Assembly: GCA_951406725.2 (NCBI GenBank)
Contig: OX597829.1
Location: 47,864,001-47,928,000, forward strand
Length of the DNA: 64,000 bases
Reading direction: 5' to 3'
Origin: Octopus vulgaris
Taxonomy: Eukaryota
Part shown: in pieces, positions 1 to 13,498 of the stretch
How the letters are laid out: each line of letters begins with the position of its first letter
Position numbering within the stretch: position 1 is the stretch's first letter
The notes under the pieces: model-generated
What the model was told of the DNA's origin: nothing
Databases searched by the model: none
Seen by the model: only the letters and a program-made list of their open reading frames with translations
Position numbers and translations under genes: made by a program

Positions 1-210
1 ATCTGTTCAGCCTTCGCCATGATAGATCGCTAGCCACTACACATTCTTTATTTTCTCTCCTTGTGTTCCTTTCTGTGTTCCTTTCTGTGGAAGAGCGTAG
101 GCTCGAAACGTTAAAGACTTTTTCACTTCCCGAGCGTTATACTAATACATCCGTTTGTTTTCTACACCACCTGTCTTCGTCTTTTGTGTTTTTTTTTGTG
201 TGAATTCTCT
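1..210 (+). mobile_element. 3' end of Penelope-like repeat family H2 with hammerhead-like motif at 81-116 (core CTGTGGA)
   Basis: CTTT-CTGTGGA-A-GAGC gtag GCTC-GAAA-CG-TT-AAAG; related sequence at about 4990-5090(-), 6650-6832, 9945-10131 and 30478-31075(-); copies end at a fixed point in microsatellite. Confidence 0.7.
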
Positions 211-213
211 CTA

Positions 214-354
<141 letters not shown>

Positions 355-699
355 GTAAGCACACAGTCACATATATATATATATAACTATGTGTGTTACG
401 GGGTGTGTGAGTATGCTCATAGACAGACAGACAGACTGAGAAACAGACCGACTGGCAGACAGATAGACAGATAGGTAGAACGATCTGCACATAGAGAAAG
501 AGAGACAAATGACGCCTTTCTTCACATGATCGAACCAATTGAATCGTATAATGATGGGCGCGACTTTGACTATAAAAACACAGGTATTTTGAGACCATTG
601 TATGAGTGTCTCTCCTTCTTTTCCGACTCGCCTCTCTCTCCCCCTCACATCTCTCTCTACAAATGTACATACATACATACATGCATACATATATTTATA

Positions 700-737
<38 letters not shown>

Positions 738-994
738 TTTAACAATTAAGGATAATCTCTTAATAAGGGATCTTAACAAGAAATTATCGGGTAGCTAGCG
801 TGAAAACCTCATAAAAGAAAAGAATCCGAAAATAATTTTTTTCTTTTGAACAAATTAATTATATCTATATTGTATAGAGGGCATTATTACACATAAATGC
901 CTCACACTAGGAGGGACAAAGTCATTACTACCAAAATTATACTAATCATACCCAAATGCAGTTTTTCAAAGCAAGACATTTAAAAAATGAATTT

Positions 995-1052
995 AGTTCT
1001 GTATCACCGTGATTTCACATACAACTTGCGTCTAATGATCGTCAGCAGAACT
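995..1052 (-). ncRNA. Type I hammerhead ribozyme (480-bp unit); further copies at 1475-1532(-), 3286-3343(-), 3766-3823(-), 4245-4302(-)
   Basis: Reverse complement of the motif at 1721-1778. Confidence 0.82.
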
Positions 1053-1720
1053 GATTCTGAACACATCATAAATAAACTACCAACCTTACGTAGCGAAGAC
1101 GAACAGACAACTGCTCACTCCGGCCAAGCACATGGAATGTTTATAAATCATATATCCGGTAAATGGCGGGCTTTTTACGAACTGCATGTCGGGTAATGAA
1201 AAGTATTTCGGAATAAGTTTAACAATTAAGGATAATCTCTTAATAAGGGATCTTAACAAGAAATTATCGGGTAGCTAGCGTGAAAACCTCATAAAAGAAA
1301 AGAATCCGAAAATAATTTTTTTCTTTTGAACAAATTAATTATATCTATATTGTATAGAGGGCATTATTACACATAAATGCCTCACACTAGGAGGGACAAA
1401 GTCATTACTACCAAAATTATACTAATCATACCCAAATGCAGTTTTTCAAAGCAAGACATTTAAAAAATGAATTTAGTTCTGTATCACCGTGATTTCACAT
1501 ACAACTTGCGTCTAATGATCGTCAGCAGAACTGATTCTGAACACATCATAAATAAACTACCAACCTTACGTATCGAAGACGAACAGACAACTGCTCACTC
1601 CGGCCAAGCACATGGAATGTTTATAAATCATATATCCGGTAAATGGCGGGCTTTTTACGAAGTTGTCTGTTCGTCTTCGCTACGTAAGGTTGGTAGTTTA
1701 TTTATGATGTGTTCAGAATC

Positions 1721-1778
1721 AGTTCTGCTGACGATCATTAGACGCAAGTTGTATGTGAAATCACGGTGATACAGAACT
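1721..1778 (+). ncRNA. Type I hammerhead ribozyme (second + copy at 2199-2256)
   Basis: Stem I AGTTCTG/CAGAACT (7 bp); core CTGACGA 1728-1734; stem II with GCAA loop; GAAA 1757-1760; stem III ATCAC-G-GTGAT; predicted cleavage after A1771. Confidence 0.85.
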
Positions 1779-2376
1779 AAATTCATTTTTAAATGTCTTG
1801 CTTTGAAAAACTGCATTTGGGTATGATTAGTATAATTTTGGTAGTAATGACTTTGTCCCTCCTAGTGTGAGGCATTTATGTGTAATAATGCCCTCTATAC
1901 AATATAGATATAATTAATTTGTTCAAAAGAAAAAATTATTTTCGGATTCTTTTCTTTTATGAGGTTTTCACGCTAGCTACCCGATAATTTCTTGTTAAGA
2001 TCCCTTATTAAGAGATTATCCTTAATTGTTAAACTTATTCCGAAATACTTTTCATTACCCGACATGCAGTTCGTAAAAAGCCCGCCATTTACCGGATATA
2101 TGATTTATAAACATTCCATGTGCTTGGCCGGAGTGAGCAGTTGTCTGTTCGTCTTCGCTACGTAAGGTTGGTAGTTTATTTATGATGTGTTCAGAATCAG
2201 TTCTGCTGACGATCATTAGACGCAAGTTGTATGTGAAATCACGGTGATACAGAACTAAATTCATTTTTAAATGTCTTGCTTTGAAAAACTGCATTTGGGT
2301 ATGATTAGTATAATTTTGGTAGTAATGACTTTGTCCCTCCTAGTGTGAGGCATTTATGTGTAATAATGCCCTCTAT

Positions 2377-2467
<91 letters not shown>

Positions 2468-2618
2468 CATATACATATATATATATATACATATACATAT
2501 ATATATATATACACATATATATGAGACAATTGTATGAGTGTCTCTCCTTCTTTTCCGACTCACCTCTCTCTCTCCCTCTCACATCTCTCTCTACAAATGT
2601 ACATACATACATACATGC

Positions 2619-2726
<108 letters not shown>

Positions 2727-2769
2727 ATACATATTTGTGTTTGTATGTCTATGATATGTATGTATACAC

Positions 2770-2800
<31 letters not shown>

Positions 2801-2887
2801 CTTTTTTACTAAAGCTGCTAAAACATCACAAAAACTGATTCAGAGTTTCACGTTCCTGTTCGTTGGACAGTTGTGATCAAGACGTGT

Positions 2888-2926
<39 letters not shown>

Positions 2927-2962
2927 GTGTGCGTGCGAGTGTGTGTATGCAAATGTATATAT

Positions 2963-3025
<63 letters not shown>

Positions 3026-3028
<3 letters not shown>

Positions 3029-4607
3029 TTTAACAATTAAGGATAATCTCTTAATAAGGGATCTTAACAAGAAATTATCGGGTAGCTAGCGTGAAAACCT
3101 CATAAAAGAAAAGAATCCGAAAATAATTTTTTTCTTTTGAACAAATTAATTATATCTATATTGTATAGAGGGCATTATTACACATAAATGCCTCACACTA
3201 GGAGGGACAAAGTCATTACTACCAAAATTATACTAATCATACCCAAATGCAGTTTTTCAAAGCAAGACATTTAAAAAATGAATTTAGTTCTGTATCACCG
3301 TGATTTCACATTCAACTTACGTCTAATGATCGTCAGCAGAACTGATTCTGAACACATCATAAATAAACTACCAACCTTACGTAGCGAAGACGAACAGACA
3401 ACTGCTCACTCCGGCCAAGCACATGGAATGTTTATAAATCATATATCCGGTAAATGGCGGGCTTTTTACGAACTGCATGTCGGGTAATGAAAAGTATTTC
3501 GGAATAAGTTTAACAATTAAGGATAATCTCTTAATAAGGGATCTTAACAAGAAATTATCGGGTAGCTAGCGTGAAAACCTCATAAAAGAAAAGAATCCGA
3601 AAATAATTTTTTTCTTTTGAACAAATTAATTATATCTATATTGTATAGAGGGCATTATTACACATAAATGCCTCACACTAGGAGGGACAAAGTCATTACT
3701 GCCAAAATTATACTAATCATACCCAAATGCAGTTTTTCAAAGCAAGACATTTAAAAAATGAATTTAGTTCTGTATCACCGTGATTTCACATTCAACTTAC
3801 GTCTAATGATCGTCAGCAGAACTGATTCTGAACACATCATAAATAAACTACCAACCTTACGTAGCGAAGACGAACAGACAACTGCTCACTCCGGCCAAGC
3901 ACATGGAATGTTTATAAATCATATATCCGGTAAATGGCGGGCTTTTTACGAACTGCAAGTCGGGTAATGAAAAGTATTTCGAATAAGTTTAACAATTAAG
4001 GATAATCTCTTAATAAGGGATCTTAACAAGAAATTATCGGGTAGCTAGCGTGACAACCTCATAAAAGAAAAGAATCCGAAAATAATTTTTTTCTTTTGAA
4101 CAAATTAATTATATCTATATTGTATAGAGGGCATTATTACACATAAATGCCTCACACTAGGAGGGACAAAGTCATTACTACCAAAATTATACTAATCATA
4201 CCCAAATGCAGTTTTTCAAAGCAAGACATTTAAAAAATGAATTTAGTTCTGTATCACCGTGATTTCACATTCAACTTACGTCTAATGATCGTCAGCAGAA
4301 CTGATTCTGAACACATCATAAATAAACTACCAACCTTACGTAGCGAAGACGAACAGACAACTGCTCACTCCGGCCAAGCACATGGAATGTTTATAAATCA
4401 TATATCCGGTAAATGGCGGGCTTTTTACGAACTGCGATCATTAGACGTAAGTTGAATGTGAAATCACGGTGATACAGAACTAAATTCATTTTTTAAATGT
4501 CTTGCTTTGAAAAACTGCATTTGGGTATGATTAGTATAATTTTGGTAGTAATGACTTTGTCCCTCCTAGTGTGAGGCATTTATGTGTAATAATGCCCTCT
4601 ATACAAT
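3026..4607. mobile_element. Array B of the 480-bp HHR repeat: about three direct units plus short inverted arm (4435-4607)
   Basis: Unit starts near 3026, 3506 and 3985; inverted arm ends at ccctctatacaata(TA)n as in array A. Confidence 0.92.
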
Positions 4608-4621
4608 ATATATATATATAC

Positions 4622-4707
<86 letters not shown>

Positions 4708-4712
<5 letters not shown>

Positions 4713-4918
4713 ATCCAAACATGAAAACACAAAGAGAAAACACAACAACGCGAGGACGTGGAACAAATATAGTATTATTGGACGCTCAGGAAGGAAGGGA
4801 AGAAGGAGGGTTTTACGTTTCGAGCGGAGCCCTTCGTCAGAAACATAGGAAAAGGAAAGATCCAGAGAAGGGAAAACGGAGGAAAATAAAATCGCCAACG
4901 GTACACACGCGGTCACAT
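4708..4918 (-). mobile_element. Penelope-like 3' fragment family H1 with canonical minimal HHR at 4810-4844
   Basis: Minus strand GTTT-CTGACGA-A-GGGC tcc GCTC-GAAA-CG-TA-AAAC; fixed 3' end ...tttggattaact(AT)n. Confidence 0.8.
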
Positions 4919-5750
4919 TTTGAATGACCGGAAGGAAATGGGTATACATATACAGTTGAAATTTACAGAAAAACAAAAGCCAAAGATAGGTGTACAAACA
5001 ACAAGCAGGTGTATTTGTTTGACGCTCGGGAAGGTGAGAAAGTATTTTACGTTTCTAGCCTACGCTCTTCAACAGAAAGGGGAAAAAATCAGAAAGTTCA
5101 AAAAAAGTTCAAAAATGTTCAAACGTCGGGGTGTATTGGAGCGATTTTTCACCAACGGAAGATTCCAGTGAAATACATGTGTATATCCAATAGTAATCTG
5201 GGGGGAATACTGGTATGTAGATGAGGTACAGAAAATTTCAGGTAGTAGTAAGTCCGGTTGGAGGTTAAAGCAGGATATATACATACAGCCATACGCATAC
5301 GTACATATTCATTGTTAAATATTTGTTTATTTGAGTTTACACAATAGAAAAGTATTCAATATTTGAAGTAGAGTATATCTATTTACTGAAGCTGAAGCTT
5401 CTTGAATCAAAACTCTGAGTTTCACGTTACCGATTATTAAAACTATCGAAGTAGGGAGGCAGCTGAAACATATTCTATGAAAAATATTCGTAAACACATC
5501 GGAACATGGCTAGTCAATAAGTACATCTCTTTCTCTGTCTCTTTCTCTCTGTCTGTCTCTCTGTCTCTCTGTCTCTCACTGTCTCTCTCTCTCTTTGTTC
5601 CTCTCTCTGTCTGTGTTTTTGTGTGTGTTTGTGTCTCTGTCTCCCTCCCTTTCTCCCTCTCCCCCCTCTCTCTCTCTCTGTTCAAACACTCTCTGTCCAA
5701 AATCCAGGCCTTCTGGAAACATTAATACAGGGAAAATATCTCCTATAGAC

Positions 5751-5830
5751 CAGTGCTTCTCAAACTATCTGATGTGGCGTACCAGCAGTTTGTTTCCCCA
5801 TTGTACCAGGGACCGGTAATATTTCTTAGT
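5751..5830. mobile_element. hAT (Charlie-type) terminal sequence remnant
   Basis: CAGTGCTTCTCAAACT resembles Charlie/Buster TIRs; partner end not found. Confidence 0.35.
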
Positions 5831-6649
5831 AATATCAATTTATACCGGAAACAATACATATAATGAATATAATAAAAGGTGACAATTTCTTTTTTATCTC
5901 ATATTTATTTTGTAAACAAATAATACAATATTACTTAAGCATTTTATAATGTGAATCTTTCTTTTCGAGGAAAAAGGAATATAGCAGATATATCTCATCA
6001 TTCGTAATTTGAAATGAATGACTAACGCTGCAAAGCATTCTCTAAGCTTTTCGGCTGGCACTGTTTACTCGTTTCCAGAAAGAGTGGTATGCAGAATGAC
6101 CGAGGTTGCTTTGCTCTTAATTATTCGACAACACATGAAATATCTCAAGTCCATACTCAAGCATACTTGACTTCACCCTTTGCCCAGTTTAACACCACCC
6201 GAGTGCCTTTAGCAGAGTCCATTCTGTTGCAGCATTTGGACCAAGGCTCCAGTTTGAGGACATCTCCTGTTCTCATTCCCACAAGTTTTGCAAAGCTTGA
6301 AATAAGGATACGAGTACAGCTTTTCTACATGGTTACACGATAAAAAGAATTCTCAAACTATATGGAGAATATTTATAAACTATCAGTACCTTTAAGAATT
6401 CCACGAACAACTTGAAAATTATATATCTATAAATTCAAAGTCCACACAAGCAGCACTGAAGGTGCAATCATAGGAAGCAACAACTTCAAAAACTATTCAT
6501 TGTTATAGACGTCGCACTTCTAACTCAAAGAGTTGTTACATTGTTACCTATTAAATAATACTTCTACTTTGGTATCTGTAATGGAATGCTGCATTCACAT
6601 CAGCAATAGTGCTGTAAATACACACTCTCATATATATATATGTACATGA

Positions 6650-6832
6650 CAGATCGCTAGCCACTACACACACTTTTTTCTCTCCTTGTTTCTTTCTGTG
6701 TTCCTTTTTGTGGAAGAGCGTAGGCTCGAAACGTTAAATACTTTTTCAATTCCCGAGCGTTATACTAATACATCTATTTGTTTTCTACAACACTTGTCTT
6801 CGTCTTTTGCTTTTTTTCGTGAATTCTCCCTA
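6650..6832 (+). mobile_element. Family H2 copy with HHR-like motif at 6704-6739 (core TTGTGGA)
   Basis: Aligns by eye to 20-210; ends gtgaattctccc(TA)n. Confidence 0.65.
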
Positions 6833-7407
6833 TATATATATATATATGTGTGTGTATGTGTGTGTGTGTGTGTGAGTGTGTGTGTGTCTGTGTCTGTGTC
6901 TGTGTGTGTGTGTGCGCGCGCACGCATTGGTAGCGGTGTTAAACTGCAAAAGTCAACCATCCATGTAGGCCATGGGGAGATTTAAACCTAGAAGGCAGGA
7001 AACCGGAAAAAATACCGGCGTTTTTCTACAGTACCGACATTCGAACGCCTGGATTGGTTCCCCTTTTTAACGACCCCCGAAAAGTTGAACAGATAAAAGA
7101 CAAAGTCGACCTCGGCGGGACTTGAAATCAGAGAAACAGAACAAGGCACTTCCGACGGCGTTCATACGACACCGTTCACGTTCATGCGTCCCTGACAATT
7201 TGGCCGTGATATCACATTTAATTAAACAAACCATCACAACAGATTATCAAATAGTTTAAATACGATTATTTTAGTGTTAATTTATTTTTTTAAAACAACG
7301 AAGGTATCGCACGACTAGGAAAAAAAAAAATTTAAACCAATATACATCCGGGATATCCGTAATTTGATTCATTCTATTACCTACACCGGTCTTCCAACAT
7401 GCTGGAA

Positions 7408-7642
7408 TACTCTTTTACTCTTTTACTCTTTTACTTGTTTCAGTCATTTGACTGCTGCGGCCATGCTGGAGCACCGCCTTTAATCGAGCAACTCGACTCC
7501 ACCAGGACTTATTCTTTTGTAAGCCCAGTACTTATTCTATCGGTCTCTTTTGCCGAACCGCTAAGTAACGGGGACATAAACACACCAGCATCGGTTGTCA
7601 AGCAATGCTAGGGGGACAAACACAGACACACAAACACACACA

Positions 7643-7680
<38 letters not shown>

Positions 7681-7846
7681 TACGACGGGCTTCTTTCAGT
7701 TTCCGTCTACCAAATCCACTCACAAGGCTTTGGTCGGCCCGAGCCTATAATAGAAGACACTTGCCCGAGGTGCCACGCAGTGGGACTGAACCCGGAACCA
7801 TGTGGTTGGTAAACAAGCTACTTACCACACAGCCACTCCTGCGCCT
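7408..7846 (-). mobile_element. tRNA-derived SINE family S1
   Basis: A box TGGCTGTGTGG, B box GGTTCAGTCCC, internal TA/TG tract, (GTAAAAGA)n tail; more than 12 copies in the window. Confidence 0.85.
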
Positions 7847-7952
7847 AATAGTGAACAGATTTCCTGATAAAATATCGCATCTCATTTCATTTGTAGATAA
7901 ACCTCGCTTTTTTAATTTTCTCGTATATAAGGTTAATTAATAGTGTGATAGA

Positions 7953-7988
<36 letters not shown>

Positions 7989-8233
7989 CGTTGCTGTTTT
8001 CGTGTTTCGTGTCGTTGTTGTTGTTGATTGTGCTTTTATTGTTTTCGTATTTGATAAGATCATTCAAGTCAGCCTTGGATGATCAAAAGCATTCCAGCGA
8101 TGATCGTATCTGATTTTTCCTGACGCATACACACACACACACATACACACACACACTTACACACAACACATACACACGCATATGTATGCTTGTATGTATG
8201 TATGCATATATGTACGCATGTATGTGTATATGC

Positions 8234-8320
<87 letters not shown>

Positions 8321-8321
<1 letters not shown>

Positions 8322-8721
8322 TTAACAATTAAGGATAACTTCTTAATAAGGAATCTTAACAAGAAATTATCAGGTAGTTAGCGTGAAAAACCTCATAAGA
8401 GAAAAAATTCGAAAATAATTTTTTCCTTTGAAAATATTAATTTATATTGTATAGAGGGCATTATTACACATAAATGCCTCACGCTAAGAGGGACATAAGT
8501 CATTACTACCAAAATTTAACTAATCGTACCTAATGCAGTTTTCGAAGCAAGACATTTAAAAAATGAATTTAGTTCTATATCACCTGTGATATAGAACTAA
8601 ATTCATTTTTTAAATGTCTTGCTTCGAAAACTGCATTAGGTACGATTAGTTAAATTTTGGTAGTAATGACTTATGTCCCTCTTAGCGTGAGGCATTTATG
8701 TGTAATAATGCCCTCTATACA

Positions 8722-8723
<2 letters not shown>
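8321..8723. mobile_element. Diverged subfamily of the 480-bp repeat, as a fold-back copy
   Basis: Left arm 8321-8584 and inverted arm 8585-8723; turn point at atatcac-ct-gtgatat; (TA)n flanks. Confidence 0.85.
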
Positions 8724-8793
<70 letters not shown>

Positions 8794-8877
8794 ATAGTTT
8801 ATATCCAGTTAGAAGAAGAAAAGAAATGGGGACAAGGAAGTTAATTATTTATTATTAATAAATTGGTCATCTTCGCT

Positions 8878-8971
8878 TCTTACAGCCGTTTCAATTAATA
8901 CTTAATAATTCAATTACAAATTTATACATTATATTTGCATTTATGTGACATGAGCATAATTCCATCAGAGA
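8878..8971 (-). ncRNA. Degenerate HHR with long stem II
   Basis: TCT-CTGATGG-AATTA...TAATT-GAAA-CGGCTG-TA-AGA. Confidence 0.4.
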
Positions 8972-9164
8972 GAAAAAAAAAAGATGTACCTTAGGATGTT
9001 ACATGTGAACCTATCAATTCATTTCAGAAGACTAAATATTACGGTTCGTGTTTTGTATTATTATATGCTCGGGTGAAGGGTTTACAGATTGATTAGACTA
9101 TGATTGGGTATACCATCCCTTCATGAGGTTAACACATTCTCTAACTAAATTTTTACATATATAT

Positions 9165-9882
9165 AAATTTAAATAATAAGAGTGAAAAATTGAATATTAA
9201 TTCGATTAATATCAATTTAAAACCAGTGGCCTAGCATATAGAAAATTCTGAAGATTCAGAAAAATTATATTACATATGTATAAGAGTGATGACCACTAAG
9301 TGGACATCCATTATGATAGAGGTAGACCCCATTGTTCTCAAGAAAATTTAGCAAACGCCAGAACGTAAGCGAGCAAGACAAAGAAAAGATACAAAATATA
9401 TACATTAATCATAATATTAATGAAATTAATATTCAATTTTTCACCCTTATTATTTAAATTTAAATAACCATGTCCTCTAACCGGCAAAATTCACTGCAGA
9501 GAATTATTTTCTGCAGAATTATTTCCGGTGTTTTGGCGCGCCAAAACGAAGACTTTTGAAATATAACCCCAAATGTAATTGGTAGAACTATATGCATGTT
9601 TAATATCATGCGGACGTCTCGTTTATAGTTCTGTAAATTATATTTTGCTATGACGATCACACTGATGAATTGCGAACATTTACGTAAGCATTACGTAAGT
9701 GGTAACAATGAAATGCGGTTTGTGATTGATCTTTATATTTTGTATCTTTTCATTTGTCGTGCTCGCTTAAGTTCTGGCGTTTGCTGAATTTTCTTGAAAA
9801 CAATCTTTTCTTAGTGGTCAGACCATACGGAGTCTACCTCTAGCATAATGGATTTCCACTTAGTGGTCATCACTCTTATATG
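9165..9882. mobile_element. Head-to-head HHR repeat family (about 530-nt unit): inverted arm 9165-9410, direct arm 9424-9882
   Basis: 9279-9410 is the reverse complement of about 9733-9880, and 9167-9202 of about 9424-9463; relative at 57610-57912. Confidence 0.75.
9655..9727 (+). ncRNA. Type I hammerhead ribozyme
   Basis: GATCACA-CTGATGA-ATTG...TTACGTAA gca TTACGTAA...CAAT-GAAA-TGCGG-TT-TGTGATT; stem III degenerate. Confidence 0.75.
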
Positions 9883-9944
9883 TATCTATCTATATATATA
9901 TATGTATGTGCATATATACATATATGAAGTCAGAACGTTTGCTC

Positions 9945-10129
9945 CTACACGCATTTTTTCTCTCCTTGTTTCTCTCCTTGTTTCTTTTCTGTGTATCTTT
10001 CTGTCGAAGAGCATAGGCTCGGAACGTAAAAGACTTGTTCTATTTCTATTCCTGAGCGCCATACTCATACATTTGTTTGTTTGTACTCCACCTCCCTTCG
10101 TCTTTTGTTTATTTTCGTAAACCTTCCCG

Positions 10130-10131
<2 letters not shown>
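9945..10131 (+). mobile_element. H2-related copy with HHR-like motif at 9997-10032 (CTGTCGA; GAAA mutated to GGAA)
   Basis: CTTT...GAGC atag GCTC...CG-TA-AAAG; ends in (TA)n. Confidence 0.55.
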
Positions 10132-10197
<66 letters not shown>

Positions 10198-10730
10198 ATA
10201 TGTATAAACAATAAAGCGAGTAGCCACATCAATGTGGCTGTTGTGGAATGTTACTACTAGTTTAACCCCAGGTAGATTCTCCGCCAGCTGGTTTTCGGTG
10301 CAAGCTCTACAACCATTATATACAACACACCGCTAGCAGGGGAAGCGAACAGCTATTACCCTCCAGCAGCTAACAGGATCACGGGACTGGCCCAGTTTCG
10401 AGCTTGGAACTCTCTTGTTAGCTAGCTCTGGCAAGTCTCTCATTATCTAGCCCTATGCAACCTATAATGATAGATACAACAAATGTCACTGTTTGTGCGC
10501 ATGTGCGTTCGTGTGGATAAATTTCCGCTTGCATAATAGATGATTACGTCCTTCGATAAAGAAGTGAGTGTGTATGTGTGTGTGCGCGCGCGCGTGTACA
10601 TGCGTGCGTGAGCGCTTCATTGCTGGTTGTGTGTCTGTGTGCATGCATTCAAACTTCCAATTACCTCCAATGGATTCTATTTAAAGAATACGATTCGATT
10701 TGCTCCGTTCTTTATGGAAACCCAAGTATA

Positions 10731-10958
10731 TACTCTTGTACTCTTTTACTTGTTTCAGTCAGTTGACTGCGGCCATACTGGAGCACCGCCTTTAGTCGAG
10801 CAAATCGACCTAGGGACTTATTCTTTTGTAAGCCCAGTACTTATTCTATCGGTCTCTTTTGCCGAACCGCTAAGTGACGGGGACGTAAACACACCAGCAT
10901 CGGTTGTCAAGCAATGCTAGGGAGACAAACACAGACACACAAACGTACACGCACATGC

Positions 10959-10989
<31 letters not shown>

Positions 10990-11149
10990 TACGACGGGCT
11001 TCTTTCAGTTTCCATCTACCAAATCCACTCACAACGCATTGGTCGGCCCGAGGCTATAGTAGAAGACACTTGCCCAAGGTGCCACGCAGTGGGACTGAAC
11101 CCGGAACCATGTGGTTGGTAAACAAGCTACTTACCACACAGTCACTCCT
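10731..11149 (-). mobile_element. SINE S1
   Basis: Near-identical to 7408-7846. Confidence 0.85.
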
Positions 11150-11339
11150 GATTTTTGACTTTTATGCGGGTCTCACGTTAGAATGCACCTATAACGATAT
11201 GTACAACAGAATAGATATAAGAACTGCAGGTTTCTCATTATTTCTCAGTAGATTTTCGTTTCCTTAATTTTTCTTCAAGACATTCACATTCTTCGAGCAG
11301 CTGATCTCTATAAGAATTCATAGTTTTTGGCTCTTGTCC

Positions 11340-11831
11340 CAAACAACGATTTCATCTCAATCGAAGGAGAGGGGCTTTCTCCATCCGGGTTGCGGTTCCG
11401 TGGAATAAGCTGCCGGCGAGCTGGCAGAATCGTTAGCGCGCCGGGCGAAATGCTAAGCGGTATTTCGTCTGCCGTTACGTTGTGAATTCAAATTCCGCCG
11501 AGGTCGACTTTGCCTTTCATCCTTTCGGGGTCGATAAATTAAGCACCAGTTACGCACTGGGGTCGATGTAATCGACTTAATACCTATATCTGTCCTTGTT
11601 TGTCCCCTCTATGTTTAGCCCCTTGTGGGTAATAAAGAAATAGGAATAAGCTGCCGGACGAGATAGTGAAGATGCTGACGACCGCTCGGTTCAAAGTCTC
11701 TCTTGACCAGAAATGGCCTGAACTCTTTGCATGAACACCACCCTGTACATAACTCCATGTCCCCCTACATGGCCTTGCTTTTTACTTTTTGAGCCAAAAA
11801 ATTAACTTAACTTAACAAACTTAACTTAACA
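11340..11831 (+). mobile_element. CR1-type LINE 3' end interrupted by a SINE
   Basis: Rejoined translation QRFHLNRRRGAFSIRVAVPWNKLPDEIVKMLTTARFKVSLDQKWPELFA*; (CTTAA)n tail. Confidence 0.7.
11415..11642 (+). mobile_element. tRNA-derived SINE family S2 with target-site duplication
   Basis: A box TGGCAGAATCG; central gcctttcatcctttcggggtcgataaa domain; TSD GGAATAAGCTGCC(GG) at 11402 and 11643. Confidence 0.88.
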
Positions 11832-12439
11832 ATGTCCAGCCAATTATACTTAAACCGAATTTTTATTGGAGTCTTCCACCAGTATTCCTTATTTCTAACA
11901 GATTGGATACTTTCTAGTTCTAGTGTGTATTTGATATAGGTATCAGGACCAGCCTTCCAGTGTGTAGCATTGTAGTTGTCACAAAGTCGTATCTCATAGG
12001 AATGCAGTATCGTTTGGGCAGCTGATGATGAAATGGGTGATATAGTATAATATAAGTTTTCGTGTGTCTCTCTGTACACCAATCTAAAAATTAAGCGTTG
12101 TTTATATTTGTGAAGAACCTGCAGTTACGAAACTTAATGCTTCTACAAAAATGTTTTGATAAAATAAGTTATTTTACCGGGGTCAATATGATCGGCTAAA
12201 TCTCTCGAAGTTGGAGATGCGTAATTTAGTGGTTAAGGTATTGCACTCATGATCGAAAGATATAATGTGATAGTGGTTTCAATTCATGGGTCAGACATTG
12301 AGTTGTGATTTTGAGTAGAACACTTCATTTCACATTGCTTTAGTCCAGTCAGCGAGAAAAAGTGAGTAACCTCAGGACTGATAGACAGCACCCCATCTGG
12401 CGAGAATTATATCTTTATGTATATATATATATATATGTG

Positions 12440-12542
<103 letters not shown>

Positions 12543-12551
12543 TAGTGTGTG

Positions 12552-12604
<53 letters not shown>

Positions 12605-12631
12605 ATGTATGTATATATGTATATATGTATA

Positions 12632-13030
12632 GGCGCAGGAGTGGCTGTGTGGTAAGTAGCTTGCTAACCAACCACATGGTTCCGGGTTCAGTCCCACTGC
12701 GTGGCATCTTGGGCAAGTGTCTTCTGCTATAGCTCAGGGCCGACCAATGCCTTGTGAGTGGATTTGGTAGACGGAAACTGAAAGAAGCCTGTCGTATATG
12801 TGTATATATATATGTGTGTGTGTGTTTGTCCCCCTAGCATTGCTTGACAACCGATGCTGGTGTGTTTACGTCCCCGTCACTTAGCGGTTCGGCAAAAGAG
12901 ACCGACAGAATAAGTACTGGGCTTACAAAGAATAAGTCCTGGGGTCGATTTGCTCGACTAAAGATGGTGCTCCAGCATGGCCGCAGTCAAATGACTGAAA
13001 CAAGTACAAGAGTAAAAGAGTAAAAGAGTA
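12632..13030 (+). mobile_element. SINE S1
   Basis: Full head-to-tail copy. Confidence 0.87.
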
Positions 13031-13071
13031 TATATATATATATATATACGGACATACATATATACACATAT

Positions 13072-13126
<55 letters not shown>

Positions 13127-13127
13127 C

Positions 13128-13285
13128 ATTATTTACATTATTTGCATTTGACGGATATATGTCCTCATCTTCTTTGTTGTTAACACAACGTTTCGGCTGA
13201 TATACCCTCCAGCCTTCATCAGGTGTCTTTGGGAAATATCGAACCTGGGTTCTCATTCCTAAGGTATTTTTCGATGTTGTTGTTG

Positions 13286-13347
<62 letters not shown>

Positions 13348-13498
13348 GTTATTATTATTATTATTATTCAGGTTACTGCTTGGAATAGAATTCGGAATCT
13401 TGGGGTTAGTAGCCTGCGCTCTTAACCATTACGCCATATAAGGACAAAGATCCGTCAAATGTAAATAATGTACATAATTCCTCATCTCTTAAATATAG

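Larger units (their letters stand above)
735..2383. mobile_element. Array A of 480-bp hammerhead-containing repeat (pLTR/retrozyme-like): two direct units (735-1214, 1215-1661) plus inverted arm (1661-2383)
   Basis: Period 480 (taagtttaacaattaagg recurs near 735 and 1215); 1661-2383 is the reverse complement of about 868-1592; both ends lie in (TA)n. Confidence 0.92.

Noticed and set aside
987-1196. 69-aa ORF (MNLVLYHRDF...) repeated in each 480-bp unit
   Set aside because: No recognisable domain, antisense to the ribozyme strand, and conserved only because the units are near-identical
1661-2383. Palindrome as a sequencing fold-back chimera
   Set aside because: Not excluded, but disfavoured because four separate loci share the same two end points and the arms carry small differences
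6089-6343. 84-aa ORF
   Set aside because: At best a very decayed RLE retrotransposon C-terminus; not a credible gene
13370-13440. Functional tRNA gene
   Set aside because: Degenerate B box and no clear acceptor stem; treated as a tRNA-derived head
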